DNA of 63,059 nt, the filler included, from Dicyema japonicum (taxonomy: Eukaryota; Animalia; Dicyemida): NCBI GenBank assembly GCA_011109175.1. It is 5 parts of 5 records of this genome, joined end to end, with 100 filler letters (N's around TTAATTAATTAA, not from the genome) between each part and the next. Parts side by side here need not be neighbours in the genome. Positions count along the whole stretch, not along the records: positions 29,312 to 56,328 come from RDEW01000049.1; 4 more parts are not named here. The stretch is one strand, 5' to 3'. The stretch's first letter is position 1. Each line of letters starts with the position of its first letter. Under the pieces are notes generated by a model. It saw only the letters and a program-made list of their open reading frames with translations. It was not told the DNA's origin and ran no database searches. The position numbers were made by a program, and so were the translations under genes. Below, piece by piece: positions 36,157-49,329 of this stretch.

Positions 36157-38438
36157 TCAACAAGCAAAAAGTGAATATTCCATGAGTTTACTTTTCATTG
36201 CGGAAAAGATCTCTTTGTAGCCAGCTCTGTTCATTAGCTGCATCAAAGTCTCCGGCCTCACATTCTCAGCCTTCAGAGTCTCCTTATAGTCCATCATGGC
36301 GTCAAAGATCGAGGTATGCAGTCCAGGGTCCTTCCTTCCTCTAAGATTACCGTACCACCAATCACATCGAGTTATACTTCTCTCGCTGATCCTCACTCAA
36401 CCTCATTTTGGGGACAAAGCTCTTAAATTGCTTCCAAGTCATGGAAGACGCAATAATTTTCGCGAAGTTGTCGAACAGGCATTCTTCATCAATCATCATG
36501 GTAACCTGCTCGATCATTGAGGACTTTGAGATGCTCGAAAACTGTCTGGATGTCAAATTCCTGCACAAATTCCATTGGAGGAGACTTGAGACTGTTACCC
36601 TTCAAGTCCCAACACGTGAGTCGAGTCAGCTTCCACATTTGCAAAGGTAGCGTGGTTAGCTTGTTGTTGGAGGCTTCAATGGTCTTTAAATGAGCAAATT
36701 GTGAGAACGAGTAGTTTTGTGGCTGTGACAATGTAAGGTGGGAGTTCTATCAATTTGTTGTTGTTTATCATGAGGCTCTGCACGTTGGTGATCCATTTGT
36801 GGTACTCCGGGAGGAAGGAGATGTCGTTGTGGCTGAGGTTGACTTCGATGAGGTTCTCAAAAGAGTCATCATTCACAGAAAAGTCTCTGACCTGTCAGTA
36901 AAGTGACGGAATTACTTTGTTGCCGTTTTCCTGAGTGAAGATCAGTTTGTTCAATTTTTTACAGTTTGTCAAGCTGACTGGGAACTCTTTAAACAGATTA
37001 TTAGCCAGATTCACTTCCACCAGGTTTTCTAGAGGCGGCAAATCTTGGATACGGTTATCGGGGAGGAAGAGAGACTGAATGGGCTACCATAAGTACCTTA
37101 AGTGAGGAGTATTGGCCTATATTTGAGGGAAGGGACTTAATTGAGTTATTCCCCGCCTGTAGTTTTTCCAGTTTCCGCGAAAAGTTCACGGAATTCATAA
37201 ACTCAAGATTGTCCAGATTGCAATCGTCGAGCACAATCTCCATCAAAGAGGCAAAACTGGTGAGCTACATTAAACTGAGCTTCTATAACTTCTATCGAAA
37301 GCTGCCTAAGGTCAACTCCACTCAAATTGAGGAAAGCTAGCTGACTTACCTTTGCCAGGGGGTTGGCGATTGAATGGAGGGAGTTCTGGGAGATAATCAC
37401 GTGAACAAGATTTTCCATGGCGGAAATGGAGTAATGGACGTTTTTAAACCTTTAGTAATATTAAATATTTAAAATACCGATTATTTGAAATATTTAATTT
37501 TTTTAATTTTTTCAAAGCGGCAATTTCAATCGGAAGGTCCTCGACTGCGTTGTTGGACAAGTTCAGTTCTTCTAGGTTCACACAGAAACAAATATTCTCG
37601 TTGATCTCAACGATTCTGTTGGAGGAAATGTTCAGAATCAACAAATATTCAAAATTTGATACCTTTAGGTTATTCAGTTTTAGAATCGATGGGGGGACAT
37701 TTGGTATTTTATTCCCGCTCAGATTCAGACGGTTCAATCTCTTGAGGGACCCCAGGGCTGCCGGGAACCTCAACAGCTCGCATTTTCCAAGATTGAGGGA
37801 CTTTTATGAACACCAATTACTTGCAAATTCACCAAATCCCCTAGGTTTTCAGGGACCGAGTCGCCAATTGTGTTTCCCTGCAGTGAGAGGTTCTCCAAGG
37901 AGGATAAATCAGTGATCTAAATAACACGTGATCTAACATTGGTTGGGAATGACTCCAGGGTGTTGTAGGAAAGGTTCAGATGTCTAAAGGAAGTCGGGAA
38001 TTGGCAGGATAACTGCAGGAGTCGGTTGTTTTTCATCACAAATTTGGAGAGTTTTGGAAAAGCTAAGATGAATGACTCGGGGATGGCAGAAAGGAGGTTA
38101 TCTTCCATGGAAAAAGTTTCTAAGTTGGTCATTTGAAAGATGGTGGAAGGAAGATTATCAATTTTGTTGGACTTTAAGGAAATTTGCCTGACTGACGGCA
38201 GTTTGGAGATTATTTCGGGAAATACAATGAGGTTACACCTTTCCATTGAAATTGAGGTTATATTGGAGGAAATGAGAAGTTCTGAGAGGAGGGGGTCATT
38301 TAGGTCTGTTCGGGAAAGATCGATCTTGACGGTGCCAGACTTACTTAAACTGGGCTTTCTGTGTGATCTTCCACTGTGAATGAACACTGATTTGAGTTTG
38401 TATTCTTGAGGCGGGAAACTTTGGCTGTTTTCAATCAT
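36157..38438 (-). CDS. LRRD1: Leucine-rich repeat and death-domain protein, LRRD1-like (~690 aa)
   Basis: Nine GT-AG introns of 20-28 nt (212 nt total) leave a 2070-nt open frame. LRRs, then LNKLIFTQENGNK, NSLKSPPMEFV and FDNFAKIIASSMTWKQFKSFVPKMRL, aligning from memory with human LRRD1 LNISQIKGRK, LLRPPVEIC and [24 protein letters not shown]. Confidence 0.8.
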
Positions 38439-38529
38439 TATTTTATATTGCTAAGAGACTAAAATTTAATTAAAAATTAATTTTTTATGTAATTTTATGT
38501 TTTTCGTTCTTATTAACTTTTTATATGGC

Positions 38530-38720
38530 AGTGTCGAGGAAACTAACCTCATTATGGAAAACTTATTCAATCAAAATGTAACCGGGGACTTTCGTTAATG
38601 GCAGAGAACTACCCTTCCTCGCTGTCTGAGTAAAGATTATGCTCCTACTTTCGGGAAATTGAAAACGGCGGACGATCTCGATAAACTGTAGAAGCAACGA
38701 GAATGGTGAACTGAAAAAAC
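38530..38720 (+). mobile_element. RTE-like LINE 3' remnant
   Basis: MENLFNQN..GDFR*WQRTTLPRCLSKD...LKTADDLDKL; cf. FRGRPRSTLPTTLNKD at ~42320. Confidence 0.55.
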
Positions 38721-38929
38721 TGGTATAACGGCACAAGTATTCATACGTCTAGGGGTAACGTGGATTTGGTAGCCATCTTCCAATGGAGGTGAGCATTTTT
38801 TGTCCAAAAACTAATAGACTGTAAAGATGCTTTGCTTCATGACCCAATCATATTGTACTAGCTAAACGTACCTGTTTCAATACGGCTATTCGCACACAGA
38901 AAGTGATAAATCAAAGCTAACAAAAAAGT

Positions 38930-39540
38930 TGATAATAAAAGTCACGTTTTCGGACCTTAAGATAAGGTTCCATAAAGGGCAATCCTGTGTTGACTGCCTC
39001 TGGAGGTTGGGTTCTCAAAATCCGCGTCATGCTGAAACAGTACATCATTGTGCTGTTCCTTAATGTGGAGAGAACTTTCGACTCACTATTGCATGATGGC
39101 CTATAATAAGCCCTCACTGAAGCTGGAATCTCCCTTGAACTGATTAGCTGGATCTCTAAATTTTTAGAAGGCCGGGTGAATTGGGTATGCACAAAGACTG
39201 TTGATGCAATTTATTAGTGTCTAACCAAGGAGTACCACAGGGGTCTATCCTGAGCATATTCTCACCTATGGTGTGCACTCCTGCGATTTCAATAAGGAGA
39301 CATGCAATTCCGCCATTTCCACAAAGAACCTGACGGAGTTCAAACATCCGCAGTATATAATAGAAAAGATCCTGATAAATTCGATTTGAAAGCTAAAGTC
39401 TTATTTCGTTCAAATCAAATGGTACGGAGTGTTAAATCCTCAATAACTAACGTTTTGACAAAAACGTCAAAAGTGTATTGGATCGTGTCGACAAATATAT
39501 TCAGACTATGGATTTTCAGTTATGGGACAACACTGTAGGA
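38930..39540 (+). mobile_element. L2/CR1-group LINE RT remnant
   Basis: NQGVPQGSILSIF motif at ~39225 followed by a degraded C-terminal region. Confidence 0.4.
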
Positions 39541-40139
39541 TTCGTTAGAATAGTCAGATTACATTATCTTCAAGAAAGAAGACATCGAAGAAGAGATCTC
39601 TGACTTCAGCGAATGTAAAAGTAAATTGATTTTTGTTGAATCTAAGATCGAAACCTCAAATGATGTCTTCTCTATAAAAGCGGCATTTATTCCCGAGGTC
39701 TCTACGATGTAACCTCCTGACACTGATCCCTCCGCTGGAAAGATCAAAGGAAGTTTACAGGAGATCATGAACATCACCACCGTCAGTAAAAACGAGGTCA
39801 TAATAAATACAAAAAATGCGTAGAAAATCAAATAATGANCTCCTGACACCGATCCCTCCGCTGGAAAGATCAAAGGAAGTTTACAGAAGATCATGAACAT
39901 CACCACCGTCAGTAAAAACGAGGTCATAATAAATACAAAAAATGCGTAGAAAATCAAATAATGAAAATCCTAAAGTCCGCCAAAAATCCGAGTTCGGGTC
40001 ACTTTGCTATTCTTCTAATCAGACAAGCGTAGGGGTGTCGTTGATGACGTTTTCTTCGGCTATCTTCCTCAAAATCTACTCTTACAATCTACGACGGAAC
40101 TGTGAGATGTTTCAAATCAGATTTTGTCAACAGAGTGAA

Positions 40140-40800
40140 TCAAATATGTAAGGACAAAAAACATGACCGAAATGACTTTTATGGCACAAATCAGGACTCT
40201 AGGAACAGCTACTACATTATAGGGACCAAGTAGAGCATTCAATAGGAGAAAGCATAAATTGTGCAAATTACTTACTGTTCATTCGGAATGATCGTAGAAC
40301 GTCGCCCCGAAAAGGATCGGGACAGACGGGGGCACAAATATCGTCTAAAATAGGATGGTGTTTTGCCTTCAGAAGAGAAACTGTCTAAAGAAGAATTAAT
40401 AGGGCTAAAATCAATACACACAATATAGAGATTTTTTTATGAAAGTTCCAACAATCAAAGTTAGAGTAAACCTAGCTAATGCTATCGGGTCGAGGAGACC
40501 GACCATCTTTGACCCTCTAAATTTCTCAATAAACTTATGTGAAAATGTGTTAGACTCTTCAGAAGTATAATTTTTCTTCTTCACAATGAACAGACGTTCA
40601 AAGTGGGAGGCTACAGCCTCTGGTCGATCGACAGAGTTTCCAATTGTTCTTCCTTCTGGATCATTTACATTTTTAGTACCCCGGTTTTTAGTCAACCTGC
40701 AATCGGTTATCGAACACGATAGTGGTGGAGCAAGGGATTTAGAATTCTTTACAGAAATCGATTCTAAAAATAGCCTATCCCTCGTTTTCTAGTATTTACT
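40140..40800. mobile_element. RTE-like fragments in both orientations
   Basis: Minus strand NDPEGRTIGNSVDRPEAVASHFE parallels the plus strand KDKDGKFVGNPEEKAKLIARHFE at ~40975. Confidence 0.5.
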
Positions 40801-40929
40801 CCTAATATCTTAGGCCATTTAAGTCTGTTTGCTTTCTAGATGAATCCCACTTCCCTATGCTCTATGGACTCACAACGAGGGTCGGTTTTTTAAATACGGA
40901 TTTTTTAATTATGATATATTTACAAATAA

Positions 40930-42540
40930 ATTTATTTTAAATAATTTAAATAACAAAGCGTGAAAACACCCTCTACATCAAAGACAAAGATGGAAAATTC
41001 GTGGGTAACCCGGAAGAAAAAGCAAAATTGATTGCGCGACACTTCGAAACAATGTTGAATAAAGAAAATAAGGACTTCCCCCTTTTCAGGGAGAAGGAAA
41101 GGCGCTAAAAATCCTAATCACAGTGGAAGGGGAGGAATTAGCGATAAATAAACTGAAGAACAACAAGAGTGCTGGAACGGACAACATGAGCCTGAGCTCC
41201 TAAAATATGGGCCAAAAAACTTAGCGACACAATTGCAAAAACCCTAGATGACATCTTTGAAACTAATACCGATCTAGGACTTGGAGATGGATAATTGATA
41301 CTCATACAAAAACCGAACAAATCAAAAAGGACCAGTAGAAAATCTCCGCCCGATTATACTTCTGAATTCTATTCGCAAGGTGCTGGCCAACATTGCACTA
41401 AGCCGAATAAAGGGTGTGGCGGATCTATATCTACCAGCAAGTCAAAGTGGGATCCGAGAAGGGAGGTCTACGGCAGACACTGCATGGAGCCACAGATGTC
41501 GCTGCGCAACTCACCAAAGATTCAAGAGCGCAACGACCGTGTTGGGAATAGATCTCTCTAGAGCTTTCGACTCAATAAACAGACAGAAACTGATAAATGT
41601 GCTTGGGCAAATATTGGATGAATCGTCGGTTAGGAGAATCAGAATACTACTTGCAAACACAAGAATATCTGTGAGGACAGAAGGAGCAACTTCCCGCAGT
41701 TTCAAAACAACGATTGGGACACCCCAGGGTGATTCCCACTCCCCTTTACTATTCACCATATATTTTGAATCTGCACTCCGCGATCTCCGTAAATGCTATA
41801 TAGGAGACATAGAAGAGACATCTTATGCGGATGATGTGGATTTCATATCACGGGACTCGACTGCACTCCAACACCTACTCGAAAATGCACCTGCGGAGCT
41901 TGAGAAATGGTTTCTCAGCGTAAATGTAAGCAAAACTGAAATTACTGAAATCAAAAGAGAAGACGATATTACTCATGAAAGATGGAGACGTATTAATAAG
42001 CTCGACTCTCTACTATGAGACGCTGAAGATGTACTAAGGAGGAAAACACTGGAAAATGCGGCAATAGCTAAACTGAAGAAAGGATGGCTAAGAGCCAAAG
42101 GACTTGGAATTGACATAAGATGCAGGCTTTACAACGCGTTTGTGAAACCGATCCTACTGTACAACGTTGGACATGGGGAAGTTCCTTCAACGAACTATCA
42201 AAACTAGAAATGATGTGATAGATGCCCGGTGGAGGCTATTTGGGCATGTACTAAGAATGAACCCGGATGCACCCGTTGACAAAGCGATGGAAGATTATTT
42301 TGACAGTTGCAACAAACCCTTCCGCGGACGACCTAGATCGACACTTCCGACTACCTTAAACAAAGACCTAAATCGTGTGAGAAAAAATCTAAATACGGGG
42401 GACGACCTGGACGAATTGGGATCACTCACATTCGACAGAGGAAGATGGAAAAGACTAACTATAAATATTGTTTCTTTGAGTGTTGCACATGCGGGGCTAT
42501 AAACATTATGGCTTTCGTGAAAGTGCCTTAATAATAACAA
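40930..42540 (+). mobile_element. RTE-like LINE, RT region and 3' end with (TAA)n tail
   Basis: LIQKPNK, QSGIREGRSTAD, LGIDLSRAFDSI, IGTPQGDSHSPLLF, SYADDVDF, ARWRLFGHVLRM; ends TAATAATAACAAC. Confidence 0.9.
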
Positions 42541-42689
42541 CAAAGCGTGAACTATTCGATGTGAGTTGTTTAAAAATAGTAAGCACTACCGCTTTGCCAT
42601 AAGCACGTAAGCTTCCTAGGGTTTCGCTCGTGTAGAACACACACTTTATTTAAGTAAAGAACAGTTATTATAACTAGAGAACCAAAGAA

Positions 42690-42870
42690 TGCCAAATAGT
42701 GTTTGCGACCAATACTTCGCGATGAAGAAAACAATGCGTGTGAATAATGTTCGGATTCTTATTTTTCGCAACAGTAACAAAGCCTTTACATTGCCAGTAT
42801 TGCTGGAGCACCATCAGTGCAGATACCCACACACGCATTCCAATCCAACTTTATATCCTCAAAATATGAA
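42690..42870 (-). mobile_element. hAT (ZBED5/Buster-like) transposase fragment
   Basis: Reads LDWNACVGICTDGAPA...FVTVAKNKNPNIIHTHCFLHREVLVA. Confidence 0.8.
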
Positions 42871-43299
42871 TTTATAAAATTGAAAATGTCATTTCCCCTA
42901 GAAAAAAATTATTATGTCCACAAAATAGGCGGAGGAGTTCCACTCTGACAGTCCTCGAAAGCATTGACTTTAGGGCATATTGGAGGAGCTCTGCATCCTA
43001 ATAATTCGTTTTCTTTAAGGTCACGATTATATGTGAGAACATAAATTGATGCATTTTTTGTTCAAAATTTGATTATCTGATTCTGGGGTTATTTACTCGT
43101 GGGGTAATTTAAAGGTCAATAATAGTTATGCTGATGTGTCTACGGTTTTTTATTTACAGAGCGACATGATTTTTTCTCTGGCATGTCTAAGTGTGGTTGA
43201 ATTTTACACAAACCACGACCACAAAGGTTCCACATCAGATCCTCTCTTAATTAGTATTATCAAAACACTTTCACGAAACCCATAATACGTATATCCCTA

Positions 43300-44910
43300 C
43301 ATGTGGAGTGAAAGAAGCAAATCATACTCCGAACCATGTAGATTTTGTCCGACATTTATAACACTGCGTAAACACTGTTTTGACTCAGTAGCTAGTGCTT
43401 GAAGCTTCGACAAGATTCTGATATTTAAAGGAGGCCCCGGGCAGGAAAAGCTTCTCGAAGAATCGAATAACTAGTCCTTTGGAGAAAGCCAAGAGCTCGA
43501 TTCATGTTGAAAGCATAATTTGCTAGAATTCTCCTCGCTTCTCTGTCTAGGGTAGTCTCCGAGTCATCCACCAACCAGTAGGTCATTAAAAACTAGTCTT
43601 TGGATTGCTTTGGTAGAGATTTGGTCATGTATAGCCTTTGACATAGATTTATAAAGAGGTCGCTGAGGAATCTTTACCAGTTCGCGAAACAGGTTCGCTA
43701 TAGTAGAAATTATCCTACGGCAGTTCTTTGTGGTTCAAGAAGTGTCAGGGGTGGTCCGGTTCCGTGGTTTCGTTTAAAAATTAGAGGTTCTTCATGCGGA
43801 GGTGATTTTTCACTGGAAGAATGGTGGTTTCCCATTTGAATTGATTGGATGATGTGAATCTCGTAATCCAATGATTGTTAGAAGGGCTCCATTTAGAATC
43901 TGAAACTGCAAGGGATGAGGCCCAAGAGGGGATCGATATTTCAAGATGGTCCTGATATATTGTTTGTAGATTGTTCTGAGGGTTTCCTTGTCCTGGCCAA
44001 AGATGAATCCGGCCACCACGCATAGGGCGTTCCTTTACTTGTTTGCTTATGTAACTGCGTGATCCTCGTGTGAAAAGAATGTGAGGCATTGGTCGTATAT
44101 CACTCTTAGGATGTTCAGAGTCTTTTCAGCCATTTTTTAATGAATGTAGGAATTCTCGTTGCGGTTATCCTGTTAGAAACAACGTTCCGGGAGGTCCTGT
44201 AGAAGGCCTGAATGTCACCGAAGGCGAGGACAGAGCGAAGTGGAGGTTTACGGTTGTTAATTCCCCCCGCAATATAATCACTTAACATGATTAAGTGGGT
44301 TGAGGTTGAATTCTTGACATGGAAGCCTGTGCTGAGAGTTGGACAGGTTTAGATGAGGTATATACAGCTAAAATTGTACCTCTCGAGGATTTTTGATGCA
44401 GCAAAGAGAAGGGAAATTAATCAAAAGGATCCTGGGTGATGCGTGTCCTTGTCAGGTAAAAGACGGGATTATTGTGGATTGTTTCTAAATCATAGGTACA
44501 ATTCACAAATTCAAGGACGCTTGGTAAATGTCCGTGAGGACCCGCAGTACATTTGGTCAAAAATTTTTAGATGATATATGCATAAGTGAGTCAAATAATT
44601 TCCACCTCGACCTTTTTGTTTTGGGGAATGTGGTCGGAGATCACCAGGATAATGCAGTGTAGTCCGCAGCTGAGTTTGTGTCCCGGACTTTTGATAGCGC
44701 GCCTCTCCTTTGTGAGCTCAATGATCTCCTTGGTGAGGAGTGGATTTTCCCCAGAGATGAATCCCTTGAGAACGTATTTTTAGTCTGTTTGAGTATGCAT
44801 TTGTTAAAGTGCTTAATTGAGGAATCAACCGAGCGGAAATTTTTGAATTCAAAGTCCGAAAAGCACTGTTCAGTATCTTTAAACCACAAACCGAGTTTGT
44901 AAGTCATGAA
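43300..44910 (-). mobile_element. Ingi/I-like LINE, decayed
   Basis: ASKILER, STHLIMLSDYIAGGINNRKPPLRSVLAFGDIQAF, IYKQYIRTILKY; parallels 7415-7900. Confidence 0.75.
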
Positions 44911-45039
44911 GGTCTTTCGGCGAATCGACTTTTATTGAATCTTCCGACCTTCAATAATATTTAAATTAAAGTTTTTTTTATTAATATAAATATATTTTTT
45001 AATATAAAAATTTTATTTAATAAATATTTTAATTATAAA

Positions 45040-45461
45040 ATGACTAATCTAAATCATCTATTCCTTTGTTCTACATTTTTTACGATAATTTCCTTGTTAA
45101 CGGGAATTGTTGGATTTTCGATTTTCAGTGTTTATAAGGAAAAATTCGTTAATAATCACAATTTCTTCTTTACTTCAGCTGTGGCCTCACTTTTACTCGT
45201 CTCAATAATTTCCCTGACATTCTCGTTTAAATTTTGGATCAAATACAGAATCCACGTGTCTAATCAGGTTGGGAGTCGATTATATTTTAGAGTTCAATTC
45301 AAAATTTCAAGTCAAATTCGGATCTTCCCCCGTCCTTCAGTGAAGCGTTTAAGATTTCCAATCCAGACAAATCAGAGTCTCCCCCATCCTACGAACAAGC
45401 CATTGACCGAATCCAGGAAGGACTTTATATTACTCTGTCTAGTAATACAGACACTCTGTGA
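45040..45461 (+). CDS. Small two-TM membrane protein with PY motifs (132 aa after splicing)
   Basis: Two hydrophobic stretches in exon 1 (45040-45267); 23-nt GT-AG intron (45268-45290); exon 2 encodes LPPSFSEA and SPPSYEQA, TGA at 45459-45461. Confidence 0.7.
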
Positions 45462-45999
45462 TAAATATATTTTCCTATTTGTTAGCCCATGCTTACTCAC
45501 TGATCTTCCAGTTCGTTAGGATTTACAACAATCCCCCGTTTATCATCGTACTGGGTAGTGCTGGCGGTCGCATTTAGTGGCGGGTTCGCTTCCCACCTAC
45601 ATGGTCGATCGATTTCCGTTCTGTTCCTTGTTTATTCAATTAAGGAGACGACCAATTCCTGGCTGACATCCAAAAAAATGTCCCTCTTCCATACTCCAGT
45701 AAAGGGGTCACCATAATGGCGGATACTAGGAAAGGAACGTCCAACTTTGACTGGGGGAACTGGATAAGGTCGGTTATACCTTGGTTATCATAAGGGTCTG
45801 TCACTATTATTTGATGCTGTAAATTTCTCAGTGACTGTCTGTGTGAAACGTTCACATAGATTTTTGTTGTTAATTGAGAAAAAATCAACATTTTAGTGGT
45901 AACCACATTAACCTCACGTTTAAGGTCGCATCAATAACTAATATTTAAAATTCAGAATTTATATGATTTCTTAGCCTTTTGTAACAATAATTAAAGTCT

Positions 46000-47040
46000 A
46001 CTATGTTGGGGATAACATTTTCGACTTAACCACACATTGATAGATTCCTGTCCTCGACCTATCTCCCTGTATCGCTTTTACCTAAACACTTTTCGCAAGG
46101 GCCATAATAATCAAAGCTCCGCACAAACTTCATTAGAGTAAAAAACAGTTATCGTAGAAAGGGCACCGAGAAATGTTCTCCACTTCTTTTTGTTGCATGT
46201 ATCCTTTTAGACGATCGGTTCCACAGTGAAGTATTCACTGAGGACGGAGTCACTCGTCAAACCCAGAGATCATATTTAGGAAAACTATATTTTTTGCAAA
46301 CGAGCGAACACCATGTTCGGTGTACGCACAAAAATGGTCTCCAACTTTGACTAGAATTGCCACTATAACGGGAATACCTGGAAAGAAATTTTAATTCTCT
46401 GTAATAATGCCCCACCGCGTATTCACGTGGCCAATAGTGTAAGTTATTCCAGATCACACCAAAGTCCACCTATGACAACAAAAATACAACGTGACAGTTG
46501 AGGGGATCCAAAAGTTTGACAGTCTTTATTGGATTCATTGTGATCCACTGAGACAAACAAACAGCATGACGTGACAAAGTGACGTCACACGAGAAGTAAT
46601 CCTTTATAGCAGCGCATACCTGCAGACATTAATGTGTGTCCAGAGAGCCTACGTGATATCTCATAAAGTATCCTCGTATTCTGGAATTTTCGTTGTAATA
46701 ATAGTTACCTCAGCTGATTTCCACTGATAAAATTAGTTCCGTCGGAATTCAAGGTCGAGTGAACTCAAATTCTGAAGTAACATAATAGTAGTCTACCAAT
46801 TAGTTATATAAGCGGTTTTCGTTCGTGGGAAAAGTCATTTCAGCGTAAGCCATGTTTTCTAAGGATTTTGTAAGATTAGCACAAAGTGCTTTCTTGATAT
46901 CTTAGTGGTCTCCAAAGGTAAAAACTTTATAAATTTGTGGCCGTATATATCAAATGTGTCACAATTCATTTGAGCTCCATTTACTGTAAAAAACCATTCG
47001 GGTAATATCTCAGATATCATTTCACCGAGTAAAAACAGTT
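46000..47040 (-). pseudogene. Degraded multi-exon coding-like remnant, family unknown
   Basis: Candidate 21- and 27-nt GT-AG introns join MNPIKTVKLLDPLNCH/VDFGVIWNNLHYWPREY.../QSWRPFLCVH, followed by stops. Confidence 0.3.
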
Positions 47041-47116
47041 TAATTTAATTAAATAATATAAATTAACTAAATAAAATTTAAATATTATTTCAAATTTAAA
47101 ATAGAGTAAGCGTGTC

Positions 47117-47703
47117 ATGGAGGTTGTTTGTGGTGATTTGAGAGTAGCTAAAAGAATACGTCGTTATTGGAAGGAGAACGCCAGTTGGAGATGAAGTCAC
47201 TCCATTGGTGAGAATGAGCATCTATGCAAAGAACCCCGTTATTGCAAAGTCAAATTTCTGGTCGTACATGAAAAGACTGAAAAAGATAAAAAAATCAAGC
47301 GGAGACCTTATTCAAATCAAACAAGTCACTTCTAACAAAATGGTTGTCAAAAACTACGGTGTTTGGGTGAGGGTTCGCTCTCATAGGAACATTCAAAACA
47401 TGTCCTTTGAGTTCCGGGCTACTTCACGTGCTGAGGCAGTCAACAAATGCTGTAACTCCTTATAGTAACGTTAGATAAAACATTGGCTGGGAACCACTCA
47501 GCGAGATCCTACGCAATAGATGTTATCCGTGTGGAGACTGTATTGCCTGGAGATTGTAGGAGGGCTTCAGTTAAACAATTCCACGTGAGTTTTGTTGGTT
47601 GAGTGTATAGAACTCTCAGTTGAAGTATCGCCCCTACAGGAATGTGAATAAGTCACTTATTCCCAATAGATTCAGCACCAACAGACCTTCTACCTACTAT
47701 TAA
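47117..47703 (+). CDS. RPL18A: 60S ribosomal protein L18a (eL20), 170 aa
   Basis: Introns 47123-47147 (25 nt), 47452-47474 (23 nt) and 47585-47610 (26 nt) give 513 nt: MELKEYVVIGRR...IAKSNFW...KIKKSSG...KNYGVW...HSARSYAI...CRRASVKQFHN...RPSTYY*. Confidence 0.95.
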
Positions 47704-49329
47704 TGTAACTCTATTGGTTATTTGAATTTGTTTTTAAGTTTTGTGGTGTTAGGAATATAACTTGTAGTTTCGTTGATTGATACATTTTAGAAATTTAGTT
47801 TTAACATTGAGTGTTTAAAAAAGTCTTGAAAGTAAGGTGGTTGAGCGAGGGATGGGTGATTTGTCTTTGCTTAATCCAACCTGTGAGACTGTGTTCGTTA
47901 TGAGGATATCCCTTTGGATGCTGGAATATGACTGATTTTATGTGGAGAGAGGGGGAATGAGTTTGTGGTAACTCCTCCAAGAGTGTTCTTATTCGTAAAA
48001 TAGAATAGATCCACGTAAACTGTTGGCGACACTGATTAAGGGCATACACGGGCATGGGAAGGTTTCTGAACATTACAAATCATAAGTGATGTACTTTATA
48101 GCAAAATGTCACTTAATAGACAAAGCTTTCGTCTACATTCGTCACCATAGGCGATGGAATCGGGAGACATTTGACACTCGAAGCTATGAAGAAAATGTCT
48201 TTCCGTGTATAATGCAAGTTCAAACCGCGTCATGAACTAGAAGATTCTGCACGTGATAGTTACCATTATTTGAATTTGTAATTGCATTTTACATTTTTAA
48301 ATTCAACCAGAGATCACGTGAACAATGGCATTCAAGTTGAGGACTAATTGTCTATCAGTCATCAATTTTGGATGTCACAAATTCTGATAAAAAATAAAAT
48401 TCATATTGGCAGGTGATTACTTTTCTGTCAATCTTAAAAATTCAACCAGAGATCACGTGAACAATGGCATTCAAGTTGAGGACTAATTGTCTATCAGTCA
48501 TCAATTTTGGATGTCACAAATTCTGATAAAAAATAAAATTCATATTGGCAGGTGATTACTTTTCTGTCAATCTTAATCCCACGTGCTCAATTTGAATCCT
48601 ATACAACAGTGAATCTTACCCTTTGCCAAAATTGACAATCGGATAATACCTACTTTAATTCAAATAATAGAAACAACAGTTTTTCTATCAAAATCAATTT
48701 ATCCTAAAAATAAGCGGTGTTCTGCTAATTTTTAATACCAGGCTTTATATGACTCATTTGACTCGCATACCTCTCAACTGCATAAATTCTACTTACTTCG
48801 ATTGTTTCTAATATAATGGTTTACCACCATAAACCCCATTCTCCCTAATAAGTTCATTTTCAAATACTTTAAATTGTAGTTTCAATTTCTGTTATACAAT
48901 CTACCCCCTTCATAATTTAAAAACTCTCGATGGCAAGTAAATCTGTGAATCATTTTCAAATACTTTAAATTGTAGTTTCAATATCTGTTATACAATCTAC
49001 CCCCTTCATAATTTAAAAACTCTCGATGGCAAGTAAATCTGTGAATCTTTGACTATCCCCAGCAGGGATGGCGCAGTGTCATGAATCCTGATGGTGCCTG
49101 GTTCTCTGCTGTACATTCCGACTGAAGATGCTTTGGTTTTGACTAGTGACTTCGCCATCAGTGAATACTCCACTGTGGAACAGATCGTCTACAAGGACTC
49201 ACACGAAAAAAAGAAGTGTAGAACGTTCGATAATGTTCTTTACTCTAATGAATTGTGTCGCTGACTAATCTCAGCCATGTGGTTTGCATTAAAAGTCGAT
49301 AAGATCTCTGCCAACATGCAAAATTAAAA

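Noticed and set aside
46205-46265. Hammerhead-like CTGA(G/T)GA after a hairpin in the dispersed family
   Set aside because: No UH cleavage triplet before stem I and no GAAA after stem II in any of the four copies.
47801-48290. Possible minus-strand gene convergent with RPL18A
   Set aside because: No consistent micro-intron model joined the frames and no family was recognised.
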